Shown here one piece after another: positions 1 through 7,638 of a stretch of DNA of 12,108 bases. This DNA is from Methanobacteriota archaeon (GTDB taxonomy: Archaea > Hydrothermarchaeota > Hydrothermarchaeia > Hydrothermarchaeales > JACRDW01). Position 1 is the stretch's first letter; each line of letters starts with the position of its first letter. The notes beneath the pieces are model-generated. The model saw nothing but the letters and a program-made list of their open reading frames with translations, searched no databases and was not told the DNA's origin. Both the position numbers and the translations under genes were made by a program. The stretch covers positions 1 through 12,108 of the forward strand of contig JBDRDL010000060.1 in the NCBI GenBank assembly GCA_043820925.1, written 5' to 3'.

Positions 1-501
1 AACGGTCTAACATTTGGCGATGGAAGTGTATATGACGGAACATGGACTCTGCCGCCTACTTGGAATGATATTTATCCAGCAGTAGATTACTTCTATCCTC
101 AGCCTTATGTCGATACTGTGCTGGTAAAATATCAAGGTTCCAACGGATACAGGGTTTATACTGGCAGTGGAAACACGCAAGATTTAGAAACTTTCTTCTC
201 AGGCAAGCCGAGTTATATAGATGCAGTTAATAGAATTAAAAGCTTGGATTCATCAAGAAGCGGCGATATAATCCTGCTTGCGAATTATGGCAGTAAATAC
301 TACTTCGAGAACAGTGAAGAAGCAGGCACGCATGGCGGGCTTAATGACAAAGATACCTATGTTCCTCTGATAATCGCAGGTCCGGGAGTGAAGCACGACA
401 CTTTTTCTTCTGCAAGAACAATCGACGTTACGCCTACGATTGTCAATCTTTTGCTCGGAATTGAGATGAGCAACGTCGACGGCCGCGTGCTCGAAGAAAT
501 C
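1..501 (+). other. C-terminal part of an alkaline phosphatase superfamily (type I phosphodiesterase/nucleotide pyrophosphatase-like) domain
   Basis: GDIILLA...GTHGG (His codon 331)...VPLIIAGPGVK...RTIDVTPTIVNLLLG...VDGRVLEEI matches the typical C-terminal signature of this superfamily. The catalytic nucleophile lies outside the window. Confidence 0.8.
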
Positions 502-3500
502 AAGCTCCCACCTCCAGACACCTCCCCTCCAACCATCACCAACGCCTATCACGACCCCTCCTCGCCAACCAGCACCGATGCAATCCATATTTACGCTGAC
601 ATAACAGACGCAAGCGGCGTATCCTCGGCTACTCTTTTTTATTCCACAGACGGCTTTACTTGGAAGCCGATTTCGATGATAAATACAGGAGGGAGTACAT
701 GGAAGACGAGCGAGTCAATACCTGCACAACCAGCGGGCACGACGCTGCAATACACAGTCTGTGCAAGGGATGCAAAAGTCAACTATGGCTGCGAGTCAGG
801 AGCTTACTGCCAGATATCTGGCACTCAGCTGAGCAGTGAAAATGAGATAACTGCTCAGGCGGAATGTGATGTTGCAGTGCATACTGTTACAATTGGCTAT
901 GCTGATACAGCCCCGCCCTCGATTTATAATACTTACGCTTCTCCCTCTTCGCCGAGTGCGTATCAGTCAATTGAGATTTATTCTGAAATTAAAGACGACA
1001 GCAGCATCGCCTCTGCGCTTGTTTGGTACACCACGAACGGCATTGATTGGAATAAAATCACAATGACGAATATCGGCGGAAATACTTTCAAAACCTCAGC
1101 GCCGATTCCAGGGCAGCCCGTGGGTACTGAAATCGAGTACACTGTCTGTGCCAAGGACGTTAACGGAAATGCAGCTTGCGAGTACGGAACGTACTGTACT
1201 GTTTCTCAGTCTTTGAAGCAGCAGACGGTTAAGCTGCTGAATACGACTACCGTTTCTGCTCAGTCGATGTCATTGACTAAAATAACTCTTGCGAATGCCA
1301 GCGTGAGTGCGCAGTACTGCGAGTACGGCGTCCATAAAATAACAGTAGGCTGCACTGATACAACGCCACCGGGAACGCCTACTCTGTACGACCCTGGAGG
1401 AACGATAAACGAGGGCGAGTATTCGATTTCGTGGTCAAGCGTGAGCGATAGCGGATGCTCTGGTTTGAAGTATTATCAATTGCAGGAGAGTAATTCGCCA
1501 ACGTTCAGCACGACGAATTACTATACTTCGTTGACTTCTTATTACATAACTGGAAAATCGTCTGGCACGTACTACTATCGAGTGCGAGCGATTGACAACG
1601 CTGGAAATGCCGGCAGCTGGAGTAATAATGTGGATATTATCATTGATATAAAACCTCCGGAGCCGCCAACGCCTCCGGCACCGTCTTGGGCTGCGATTGA
1701 TTCTTTCGATGACGAGTTTGGCACTGCTTTTTCGAATGGCAACAGTTGGGGAGAATGGAAGTATGAGGAGTTACTGGATGACGGAATCGATAATTATTTG
1801 CAGAAGGTGGACAGCTTTGATGGCAGGAGTGGCGTTGGATTGTTCTACTGGGGTACTACGCTGGGCGAGAGTGCGCCCCAGGCAATTGAGAAGGAGAACA
1901 AGAAAGGATGGGATTTTTCGTACAGCGAGGGCGAGTGGGCGGTGATGATGAATAACAAGGGGACGAGCGACGAGTATTTGCAGTTGCTTTTCTGGGATAA
2001 CACGGGCAGGGAGGCTGCGACGTATTTGAAGATGAGCAGGGCTGGGGAAGGATGGAAGCAGGTGGTGTGGGAGAGCACGCTGATATTATACCAGGCGCTG
2101 GAGAATAAGACGGTTAAGGCGGCTGAGATACCGCAAGGTGCAATCGTTGCGCAGGCTGGATTTAATTGGAAGAACGTGACGAGGGTGAAGCTTAGGGTGG
2201 AGAAGGCGTTTCCAGACGAGAGGCATCGGAAGCTGTACTTCGACGATTTTGCATGGAATATGGATGCGTATTTGGAGGCGAGCAAGTATTATGTTGCGCC
2301 GGGTGAGAGCTATACGTTAACGCTGTATGCGCAGAACACGCTTGCTGAGGAAGTGCAGATGGTGTTTCTGCTGGATGGAGAGAACACGATATATAATAAT
2401 GTTCCTGCGTATGCGAGCAGGAGCTTTTCGGTTACGAGAAGCAAGAGCGAGCTGAGCAATTACAGTTATCAGGGCACTGTTTGGCTGAATTTCGGAGGTG
2501 ACGCTGTTGAGAAGAGGAGCAATCCGGTTACGGTCAGCGTGGTTGATGCTATAGCGCCGAGCGTTGCGATAGCGCAGCCGGCAGAGGAAGAGAGGCTTAA
2601 CGTTAGAAGCGTGGCTGTGGCATGGAGCGGGAGCGACAACTACGGAATTGCTTACTACGAGGTTCGGCTCGACGGCGGAGGATGGGTAAACAAGGGATTA
2701 GAAACGAGGCATGTTTTTGAGAACGTTGGAGATGGAGTGCATACGGTTTATGTTAGAGCAGTTGATAAGGGAGGAAATTCAGCTACGGCAGCAAGGAGTT
2801 TTAGTGTTGATGCTGAGATTCCTCCTGCACCGGCGCCGGTGGCAAGTCCGGCAGGATGGACTGACCGCAGTAATGTGACGATTTCCTGGAGCGAGGTTTA
2901 TGATTCTTCGGGAATAGCGAGATATGAGTATCGTATCGATGCAGGAGAATGGAGCAGCACCGTGAATACGAGCTTTGTGACGCCTGACGTTAGTACAGGT
3001 ACGCATACTGCATATGTAAGGGCGGTGGATAACGCCGGAAATACCGGCGCAGAAGGAAGCGTGAGGTTTTATATCGATGTGAGCAATCCACGTGGCAGCG
3101 TGGTGATAAATAATGGAGAGGAATATGCAAGCAGCAGGATTATTACGCTGTCGCTAAGCTACGAAGACGAGGGGAGCGGAGTTGCATTTGTGAGGCTGAG
3201 CAGCGACGGAATATGGGATACAGAGGCATGGGAGGCATCTGCGCTGGAGAAGAAGGGGAATCTGACAGGTGGCGATGGAGTGAAGTATGTTTATTACCAG
3301 GTAATGGATGGAGTCGGAATGGTATCGCAGACGTACAGCGACAGCATAATACTGGACGAAAATGCGCCTGTGATTCAGGAGACGTGGCACAGACCAAAGC
3401 AGCCGACGGGCTATGATTTGATAACGGTCTATGCGAATGTATTCGATGCGAGCAATCTCTCTGTTATGCTGCACTACTCGCTGGACGGTGCTGCATGGGA

Positions 3501-6500
3501 TGAGAAGGAGATGGTTTTGAATGCTTCTGGGCTGAGCACGCCGACGTTGAGTACGCAGACGCAGAGCGCAGTTGGCAAAGGTAAGGACAGGGAAGAAGAG
3601 AAGAAATTCGTGGTGAAGCAGAGGAGAGGGAAGAAAGTAGGTAAAGACGAGATAGAGAAGGCGCACGGGAGGGAGATAAGGGAAATTCAGAGGCTGAATG
3701 TGAAGATAGTAGAGACAGGTAAGCCGGAGAAGTTTTTAGAGCAGATGAGGAAGCATAAAGACGTCGAGTACGTGGAGGAGGCGAGGATACATGCTGCTTT
3801 GGAAGTAATGGATAGCATGTACGCCCAGCAGTGGAATTTAAAAAGCATAAATGCAGAGGCTGCGTGGAGCAGGGCGACAGGCGAGGGAGTTGTGGTTGCG
3901 GTTGTGGATACGGGCGTGAATTACGCGCACCCGGAGCTGGACGGCAACTACGCAGGAGGATACGACTGGGTTAACGGCGATGCAGACGCTATGGATGACA
4001 ATGGTCACGGAACGCATGTGGCTGGAATAATTGCTGCCGAGATGAACGGAGAAGGGGTAGTGGGCGTTGCGCCGAAGGCGAAAATACTCGCCGAGAAAGT
4101 GCTGGATTCAAGTGGAGTTGGATACGATTATGACGTAGCGAGTGCAATAGTGCATGCGGCTGATGCAGGCGCAGCAGTCATAACCCTGAGCCTCGGCGGG
4201 GCTTACTCGAAGGTGCTTGAAGATGCATGCGAGTATGCGTACGGTAAAGGAGCGCTTCTGGTCGCTGCTGCCGGAAACAGCAGGGAAAGTGTGCTGTATC
4301 CTGCTGCGCTGAGCAGCGTGGTTGCGGTTTCTTCAGTTGATTATGACAATAAGCTGTCGTCGTTCAGTTCGTTTGGAAGGGAAGTCGAGCTCGCTGCTCC
4401 GGGAGGCGGCAGGGCATCGATATTATCGACTTCGCTGGGCAGCGGCTATGAGACGAAGGTCGGCACATCGATGGCGGCTGCGCACGTGAGCGGTGCTGCT
4501 GCGCTTGCAAAAGCGATGAACAAGGACGTGAGCAATTCACAGCTGCGCAGTCTGCTGCATGCGGCAGTGCTGGATCTGGGAAGTGAGGGGAGAGACGAGT
4601 TTTATGGATACGGGCTAATCGATGCCGGAAAGCTGTTAAGTACCGGTAGCGCTTCACAGCCGGAAGCCCCCGGTCAAGTAAATGATACCAGTGCTTCACT
4701 GCCTTCGGCGCAGGCGCTGCGCACTTACTACGCAGTTATTGGTCCTATACCGAGCGATGCTTTATATTATAAAATAAGTGCGAGTGATGTGCTGGGCAGG
4801 GTTACAGAAAGCGAGAGATATAATATAACGATTTCCTCGAAAATAAGGATAACCTCGCCGCAGAACAAAACGTATGCAAATGCTACGATACCCCTGATAT
4901 ACAACGTGAGCGAGGCTACTGTGTGGGAGGGCTACTCGCTGGACGGAGGGGAAAATATCACTACCGGAGGGGCGATAAACACTTTTGCAGACGGCGAGAC
5001 AGTGAAAAACTTCACTTTCTCGAAGTCTGGCTACGAGTACGTTTATATAAAAATTCCAAAGAATGCGAGCGTGGTTAATGCAAGCATAGCGCTTCGTGGA
5101 TACAATATAGAGGGAAGCGTTTTGCAGGGCGACGAAAAGGAATATTCGACATCTCTCACAGAATACATGCTCGTGAAGGAGTTTAAATTTCCTGCAAAGG
5201 AAGAGTACAGATACGTTATTCAGAGCGTAATGCAGAATTTGAGATCGAACGACGAGCTTGCGAATGTGACCGGGAAAATAACGTATCAAATAGGCGACGG
5301 GGAAGAGGTAGTTGCATTTGAGGATTATCTCCATGGAGCAGCTCCTGCTCTCTTCTCGCACGACGTGGGCTGGGAATCGAGCTATAACGAGAGCGTTACA
5401 GTTAGATATTATTTAAAGGTGGGGCAGCCGGAGAGGATAGCGCCGACCGAGAGCCAGGGAATAAACTGTGCAATTTTCCCGGAAGCCGTGGGGCAGGCGA
5501 TTACTAAAAACAGCTGGGTTGGAGATACGTATTATGTGGGCAGTCCATACTGGGGCAGCATTTCAAAGTACTGGATGGGTACAAAATACGGGCATTATAT
5601 ATACTATTCTAACGGACGTACCGACGGTAGTTGGATATCAGATGCCAACTTCCAGCTTGAGCAATGGGCGACCTGTGAGGAGCTGCAGGTAGGAAAAGCT
5701 GAATTTTCTTCAACTCCGAGCGGTGCGCAGATATGGATTGACGGCAGCAACACGGGTAAGGTGACACCAGCGACTATAGATAACCTAGCAGTCGGGAAAC
5801 ACAGCTACGCGCTGAAGCTCAGCGGATACGCAGACTATGTTGGTAGCTTTAACGTAATCGGTGCGAAAACAACAGCGATTTCTGCCACTTTGACTCCGCT
5901 GGGGGGTAGTGCCAGCTTTAGCTCGGAGCCGAGCGGAGCGCAAATCTGGATTGATGGCTCGAATACAGGCAGGGTAACGCCTGCCACGATAGACAATCTC
6001 GCACCTAGCAGCCACAGCTATGTACTCAAGCTCGAGGGATACAAGGACTATTCTGGTAGCTTCACCATCACCGGCGGGCAGGTGACTACTTTGTCTACCA
6101 CTATTCTAACACCCTTCATCGCCTATCTAAGCGGCTTGAGAGTTAAGGGCAAAGAGGCGAGCACCTATCCAAGCGACGTTTATATAGACTCGGGCAACGA
6201 TTCGATTGAAGATGTGACTATTGCTGGAGAGCTGACTGCATCGATGCATGTGGATTTGAACAGCACTGCGATTAATGAGTACATTGCAAGGCAGAAGGAC
6301 GGCGGGCAGGGATATGTCAATGTGCCGCTGAAAGTCGGCTCGACTACGACTGGCATTCTCGAGCTTTCCTCGCTCTTTGTGAACTACCGCACAAACGTTA
6401 CGCTTTCGAATCTGAGCGACGGGCAGCATGGGGTTAAAGTATATTCAAAGAGTATAGAGGGAAGCGTGGATTATAGGGAGGTGTACTTTACAGTAGATAC

Positions 6501-7638
6501 AGCGCCGCTGAGCGTTATAATAATCTCGCCTGTGAACGGCTCGACGCACAACACAAGCGAGGTTGCACTGAATTACTCGCTAAGCAAGGCAGCATCGTGG
6601 ATAGGCTACAGTTTAGATAATAAAAGCAACGTAACGCTGCTCGGAAACACTACGCTGGGCAACCTGACGCATGGAGAGCATGTTCTCGTTGTGTATGCCA
6701 ACGACAGCCTTGGAAATCTCGCCTTTAACAGCAGCAGATTCTATGTGGCGCTCGATGTAATAGCGCCGAGCATCGAGTTGATGTCGCCTGCAAACGGCTC
6801 GTTCATAAAGGCTGGAAAGCTCATAGAGCTGAATGTAACAGACAATGTCGCAGTAGCCAGCGTCTGGTATTCCTGGAATGCGACTAACACAACGCTGCCT
6901 GAGCCTTATGATATAAACACGAGCAGCTGGAGCGAGGGCATCGCAGCAATTGAGGTCTGGGCTAACGACAGCGCAGGAAATGTAAATCATACCGCCTATT
7001 ATTTCACGGTAGACAACACACCTCCGAGCATAGCCATTGCCTCGCCCCTCGCCCAGAACTACCCACACACCAAAAACATAACCGTAAGCTTTAACGTTAC
7101 CGATGCAACTTCCGGAGTCGCTTCGTTCAGGGCATACATAGACGGCAGCAGAGTTGCGAACGGTCAGGTTATTGACTTGTCCAACTTTATCTTGGGAGAG
7201 CACGCTCTAACAGTAGAAGCGTCTGATAACGCAGGGAACAATGCATCTGCCTCTGTCAATTTCACAGTAGTTTTGCGAGCAGAAATAAACATCGACCCGG
7301 ATACTCTCAACCTAAAAAGCGAGGGCAAGTGGATAACCGCTTATATAGAGTTCCAACAGTACGACGTGATGAGCATTGACATTAACACAGTAACTCTGAA
7401 CCGCACAATAAAGGCAGAAAACGACCCGAAGTACGACTTCGTGAGCAGTCCCCAGCCGCAAGACAAGGACGGCGATGGCTTAAAAGAGTTTATGGTGAAA
7501 TTCAACAGGAGTGCGGTAGAGCAGATTTTGCAGCCTGCGGATGCAGTAACGCTCAGCGTCGGGGGAGAATTTGCACAAGGAATCTTCGAGGGCTATGATG
7601 CAATCAGAGTTATACAGAAGAATCTACAATCTCTCTAA
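1..7638 (+). CDS. Giant multidomain extracellular/surface protein (5'-truncated): alkaline phosphatase/NPP-superfamily domain, Ig-like/FN3 repeats, CBM-like domain, S8 serine protease, PEGA repeats
   Basis: Frame 1 is open from base 1 (NGLTFGDGSVYDGTWTLPPTW...), so the GTG at 118 is unlikely to be the true start; stop TAA 7636-7638. Repeated D-x-x-(A/P)-P domain starts, AxDxAGN motifs, many N-x-S/T sequons, S8 triad motifs. Confidence 0.93.
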   Translation, partial: NGLTFGDGSVYDGTWTLPPTWNDIYPAVDYFYPQPYVDTVLVKYQGSNGYRVYTGSGNTQDLETFFSGKPSYIDAVNRIKSLDSSRSGDIILLANYGSKYYFENSEEAGTHGGLNDKDTYVPLIIAGPGVKHDTFSSARTIDVTPTIVNLLLGIEMSNVDGRVLEEIKLPPPDTSPPTITNAYHDPSSPTSTDAIHIYADITDASGVSSATLFYSTDGFTWKPISMINTGGSTWKTSESIPAQPAGTTLQYTVCARDAKVNYGCESGAYCQISGTQLSSENEITAQAECDVAVHTVTIGYADTAPPSIYNTYASPSSPSAYQSIEIYSEIKDDSSIASALVWYTTNGIDWNKITMTNIGGNTFKTSAPIPGQPVGTEIEYTVCAKDVNGNAACEYGTYCTVSQSLKQQTVKLLNTTTVSAQSMSLTKITLANASVSAQYCEYGVHKITVGCTDTTPPGTPTLYDPGGTINEGEYSISWSSVSDSGCSGLKYYQLQESNSPTFSTTNYYTSLTSYYITGKSSGTYYYRVRAIDNAGNAGSWSNNVDIIIDIKPPEPPTPPAPSWAAIDSFDDEFGTAFSNGNSWGEWKYEELLDDGIDNYLQKVDSFDGRSGVGLFYWGTTLGESAPQAIEKENKKGWDFSYSEGEWAVMMNNKGTSDEYLQLLFWDNTGREAATYLKMSRAGEGWKQVVWESTLILYQALENKTVKAAEIPQGAIVAQAGFNWKNVTRVKLRVEKAFPDERHRKLYFDDFAWNMDAYLEASKYYVAPGESYTLTLYAQNTLAEEVQMVFLLDGENTIYNNVPAYASRSFSVTRSKSELSNYSYQGTVWLNFGGDAVEKRSNPVTVSVVDAIAPSVAIAQPAEEERLNVRSVAVAWSGSDNYGIAYYEVRLDGGGWVNKGLETRHVFENVGDGVHTVYVRAVDKGGNSATAARSFSVDAEIPPAPAPVASPAGWTDRSNVTISWSEVYDSSGIARYEYRIDAGEWSSTVNTSFVTPDVSTGTHTAYVRAVDNAGNTGAEGSVRFYIDVSNPRGSVVINNGEEYASSRIITLSLSYEDEGSGVAFVRLSSDGIWDTEAWEASALEKKGNLTGGDGVKYVYYQVMDGVGMVSQTYSDSIILDENAPVIQETWHRPKQPTGYDLITVYANVFDASNLSVMLHYSLDGAAWDEKEMVLNASGLSTPTLSTQTQSAVGKGKDREEEKKFVVKQRRGKKVGKDEIEKAHGREIREIQRLNVKIVETGKPEKFLEQMRKHKDVEYVEEARIHAALEVMDSMYAQQWNLKSINAEAAWSRATGEGVVVAVVDTGVNYAHPELDGNYAGGYDWVNGDADAMDDNGHGTHVAGIIAAEMNGEGVVGVAPKAKILAEKVLDSSGVGYDYDVASAIVHAADAGAAVITLSLGGAYSKVLEDACEYAYGKGALLVAAAGNSRESVLYPAALSSVVAVSSVDYDNKLSSFSSFGREVELAAPGGGRASILSTSLGSGYETKVGTSMAAAHVSGAAALAKAMNKDVSNSQLRSLLHAAVLDLGSEGRDEFYGYGLIDAGKLLSTGSASQPEAPGQVNDTSASLPSAQALRTYYAVIGPIPSDALYYKISASDVLGRVTESERYNITISSKIRITSPQNKTYANATIPLIYNVSEATVWEGYSLDGGENITTGGAINTFADGETVKNFTFSKSGYEYVYIKIPKNASVVNASIALRGYNIEGSVLQGDEKEYSTSLTEYMLVKEFKFPAKEEYRYVIQSVMQNLRSNDELANVTGKITYQIGDGEEVVAFEDYLHGAAPALFSHDVGWESSYNESVTVRYYLKVGQPERIAPTESQGINCAIFPEAVGQAITKNSWVGDTYYVGSPYWGSISKYWMGTKYGHYIYYSNGRTDGSWISDANFQLEQWATCEELQVGKAEFSSTPSGAQIWIDGSNTGKVTPATIDNLAVGKHSYALKLSGYADYVGSFNVIGAKTTAISATLTPLGGSASFSSEPSGAQIWIDGSNTGRVTPATIDNLAPSSHSYVLKLEGYKDYSGSFTITGGQVTTLSTTILTPFIAYLSGLRVKGKEASTYPSDVYIDSGNDSIEDVTIAGELTASMHVDLNSTAINEYIARQKDGGQGYVNVPLKVGSTTTGILELSSLFVNYRTNVTLSNLSDGQHGVKVYSKSIEGSVDYREVYFTVDTAPLSVIIISPVNGSTHNTSEVALNYSLSKAASWIGYSLDNKSNVTLLGNTTLGNLTHGEHVLVVYANDSLGNLAFNSSRFYVALDVIAPSIELMSPANGSFIKAGKLIELNVTDNVAVASVWYSWNATNTTLPEPYDINTSSWSEGIAAIEVWANDSAGNVNHTAYYFTVDNTPPSIAIASPLAQNYPHTKNITVSFNVTDATSGVASFRAYIDGSRVANGQVIDLSNFILGEHALTVEASDNAGNNASASVNFTVVLRAEINIDPDTLNLKSEGKWITAYIEFQQYDVMSIDINTVTLNRTIKAENDPKYDFVSSPQPQDKDGDGLKEFMVKFNRSAVEQILQPADAVTLSVGGEFAQGIFEGYDAIRVIQKNLQSL
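517..1350 (+). repeat. Two tandem Ig-like repeats (517-900, 904-1350), each with four conserved Cys
   Basis: DTSPPTI...YSTDGFTW...IPAQPAGTTLQYTVCARD...CESGAYC...C..VHTVTIG aligns with DTAPPSI...YTTNGIDW...IPGQPVGTEIEYTVCAKD...CEYGTYC...C..VHKITVG. Confidence 0.85.
1357..1650 (+). other. Fibronectin type III-like domain, followed by a Pro-rich linker (1654-1683)
   Basis: PPGTP...ISWSSVSD...YYQLQ...YYYRVRAIDNAGNAGSWSN; linker PPEPPTPPAP. Confidence 0.8.
1684..2265 (+). other. Putative carbohydrate-binding/galactose-binding-like jelly-roll domain
   Basis: Starts IDSFDD, is Trp-rich and ends FNWKNVTRVKLRV...LYFDDF, a pattern typical of CBM11/CIA30-like beta-sandwiches. Exact family not determined. 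Confidence 0.55.
3601..4638 (+). other. Subtilisin-like S8 protease: propeptide (~3601-3800) plus catalytic domain (~3808-4638)
   Basis: VAVVDTG (Asp 3907), HGTHVAG (His 4006), AAAGN (oxyanion Asn 4276), GTSMAAAHVSG (Ser 4468), closing YGYGLIDA. The upstream KFVVK...DVEYVEE segment resembles an I9-type propeptide. Confidence 0.95.
5692..6111 (+). repeat. Two tandem PEGA domains (5692-5898, 5905-6111)
   Basis: SSxPSGAQIWIDGSNTG(K/R)VTPATIDNLA...H...LKLxGY occurs twice. Confidence 0.9.
6496..7270 (+). repeat. Three tandem Ig-like domains
   Basis: Units start DTAP (6496), DVIAP (6754), DNTPP (7012), each with I-x-x-x-SP near the start and A(N/S)DxxGN near the end; dense N-glycosylation sequons. 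Confidence 0.8.

Noticed and set aside
118..120. GTG start proposed by the ORF track
   Set aside because: The frame is open to base 1, there is no signal peptide after it, and it falls inside the phosphatase-like domain.
5467..5676. Diversity-generating retroelement variable region
   Set aside because: No template repeat differing at adenines and no reverse transcriptase in the window.
3532..6387. Inteins as the explanation for the in-frame inserts
   Set aside because: No C/S...HN-C/S/T splice junctions and no LAGLIDADG motifs at the inferred boundaries.
253..7203. Antisense and alternate-frame ORFs within the giant gene (e.g. 1845-2285, 3154-3666, 4762-5361, 6613-7203)
   Set aside because: Shadow ORFs of a long biased coding sequence; no recognisable motifs.
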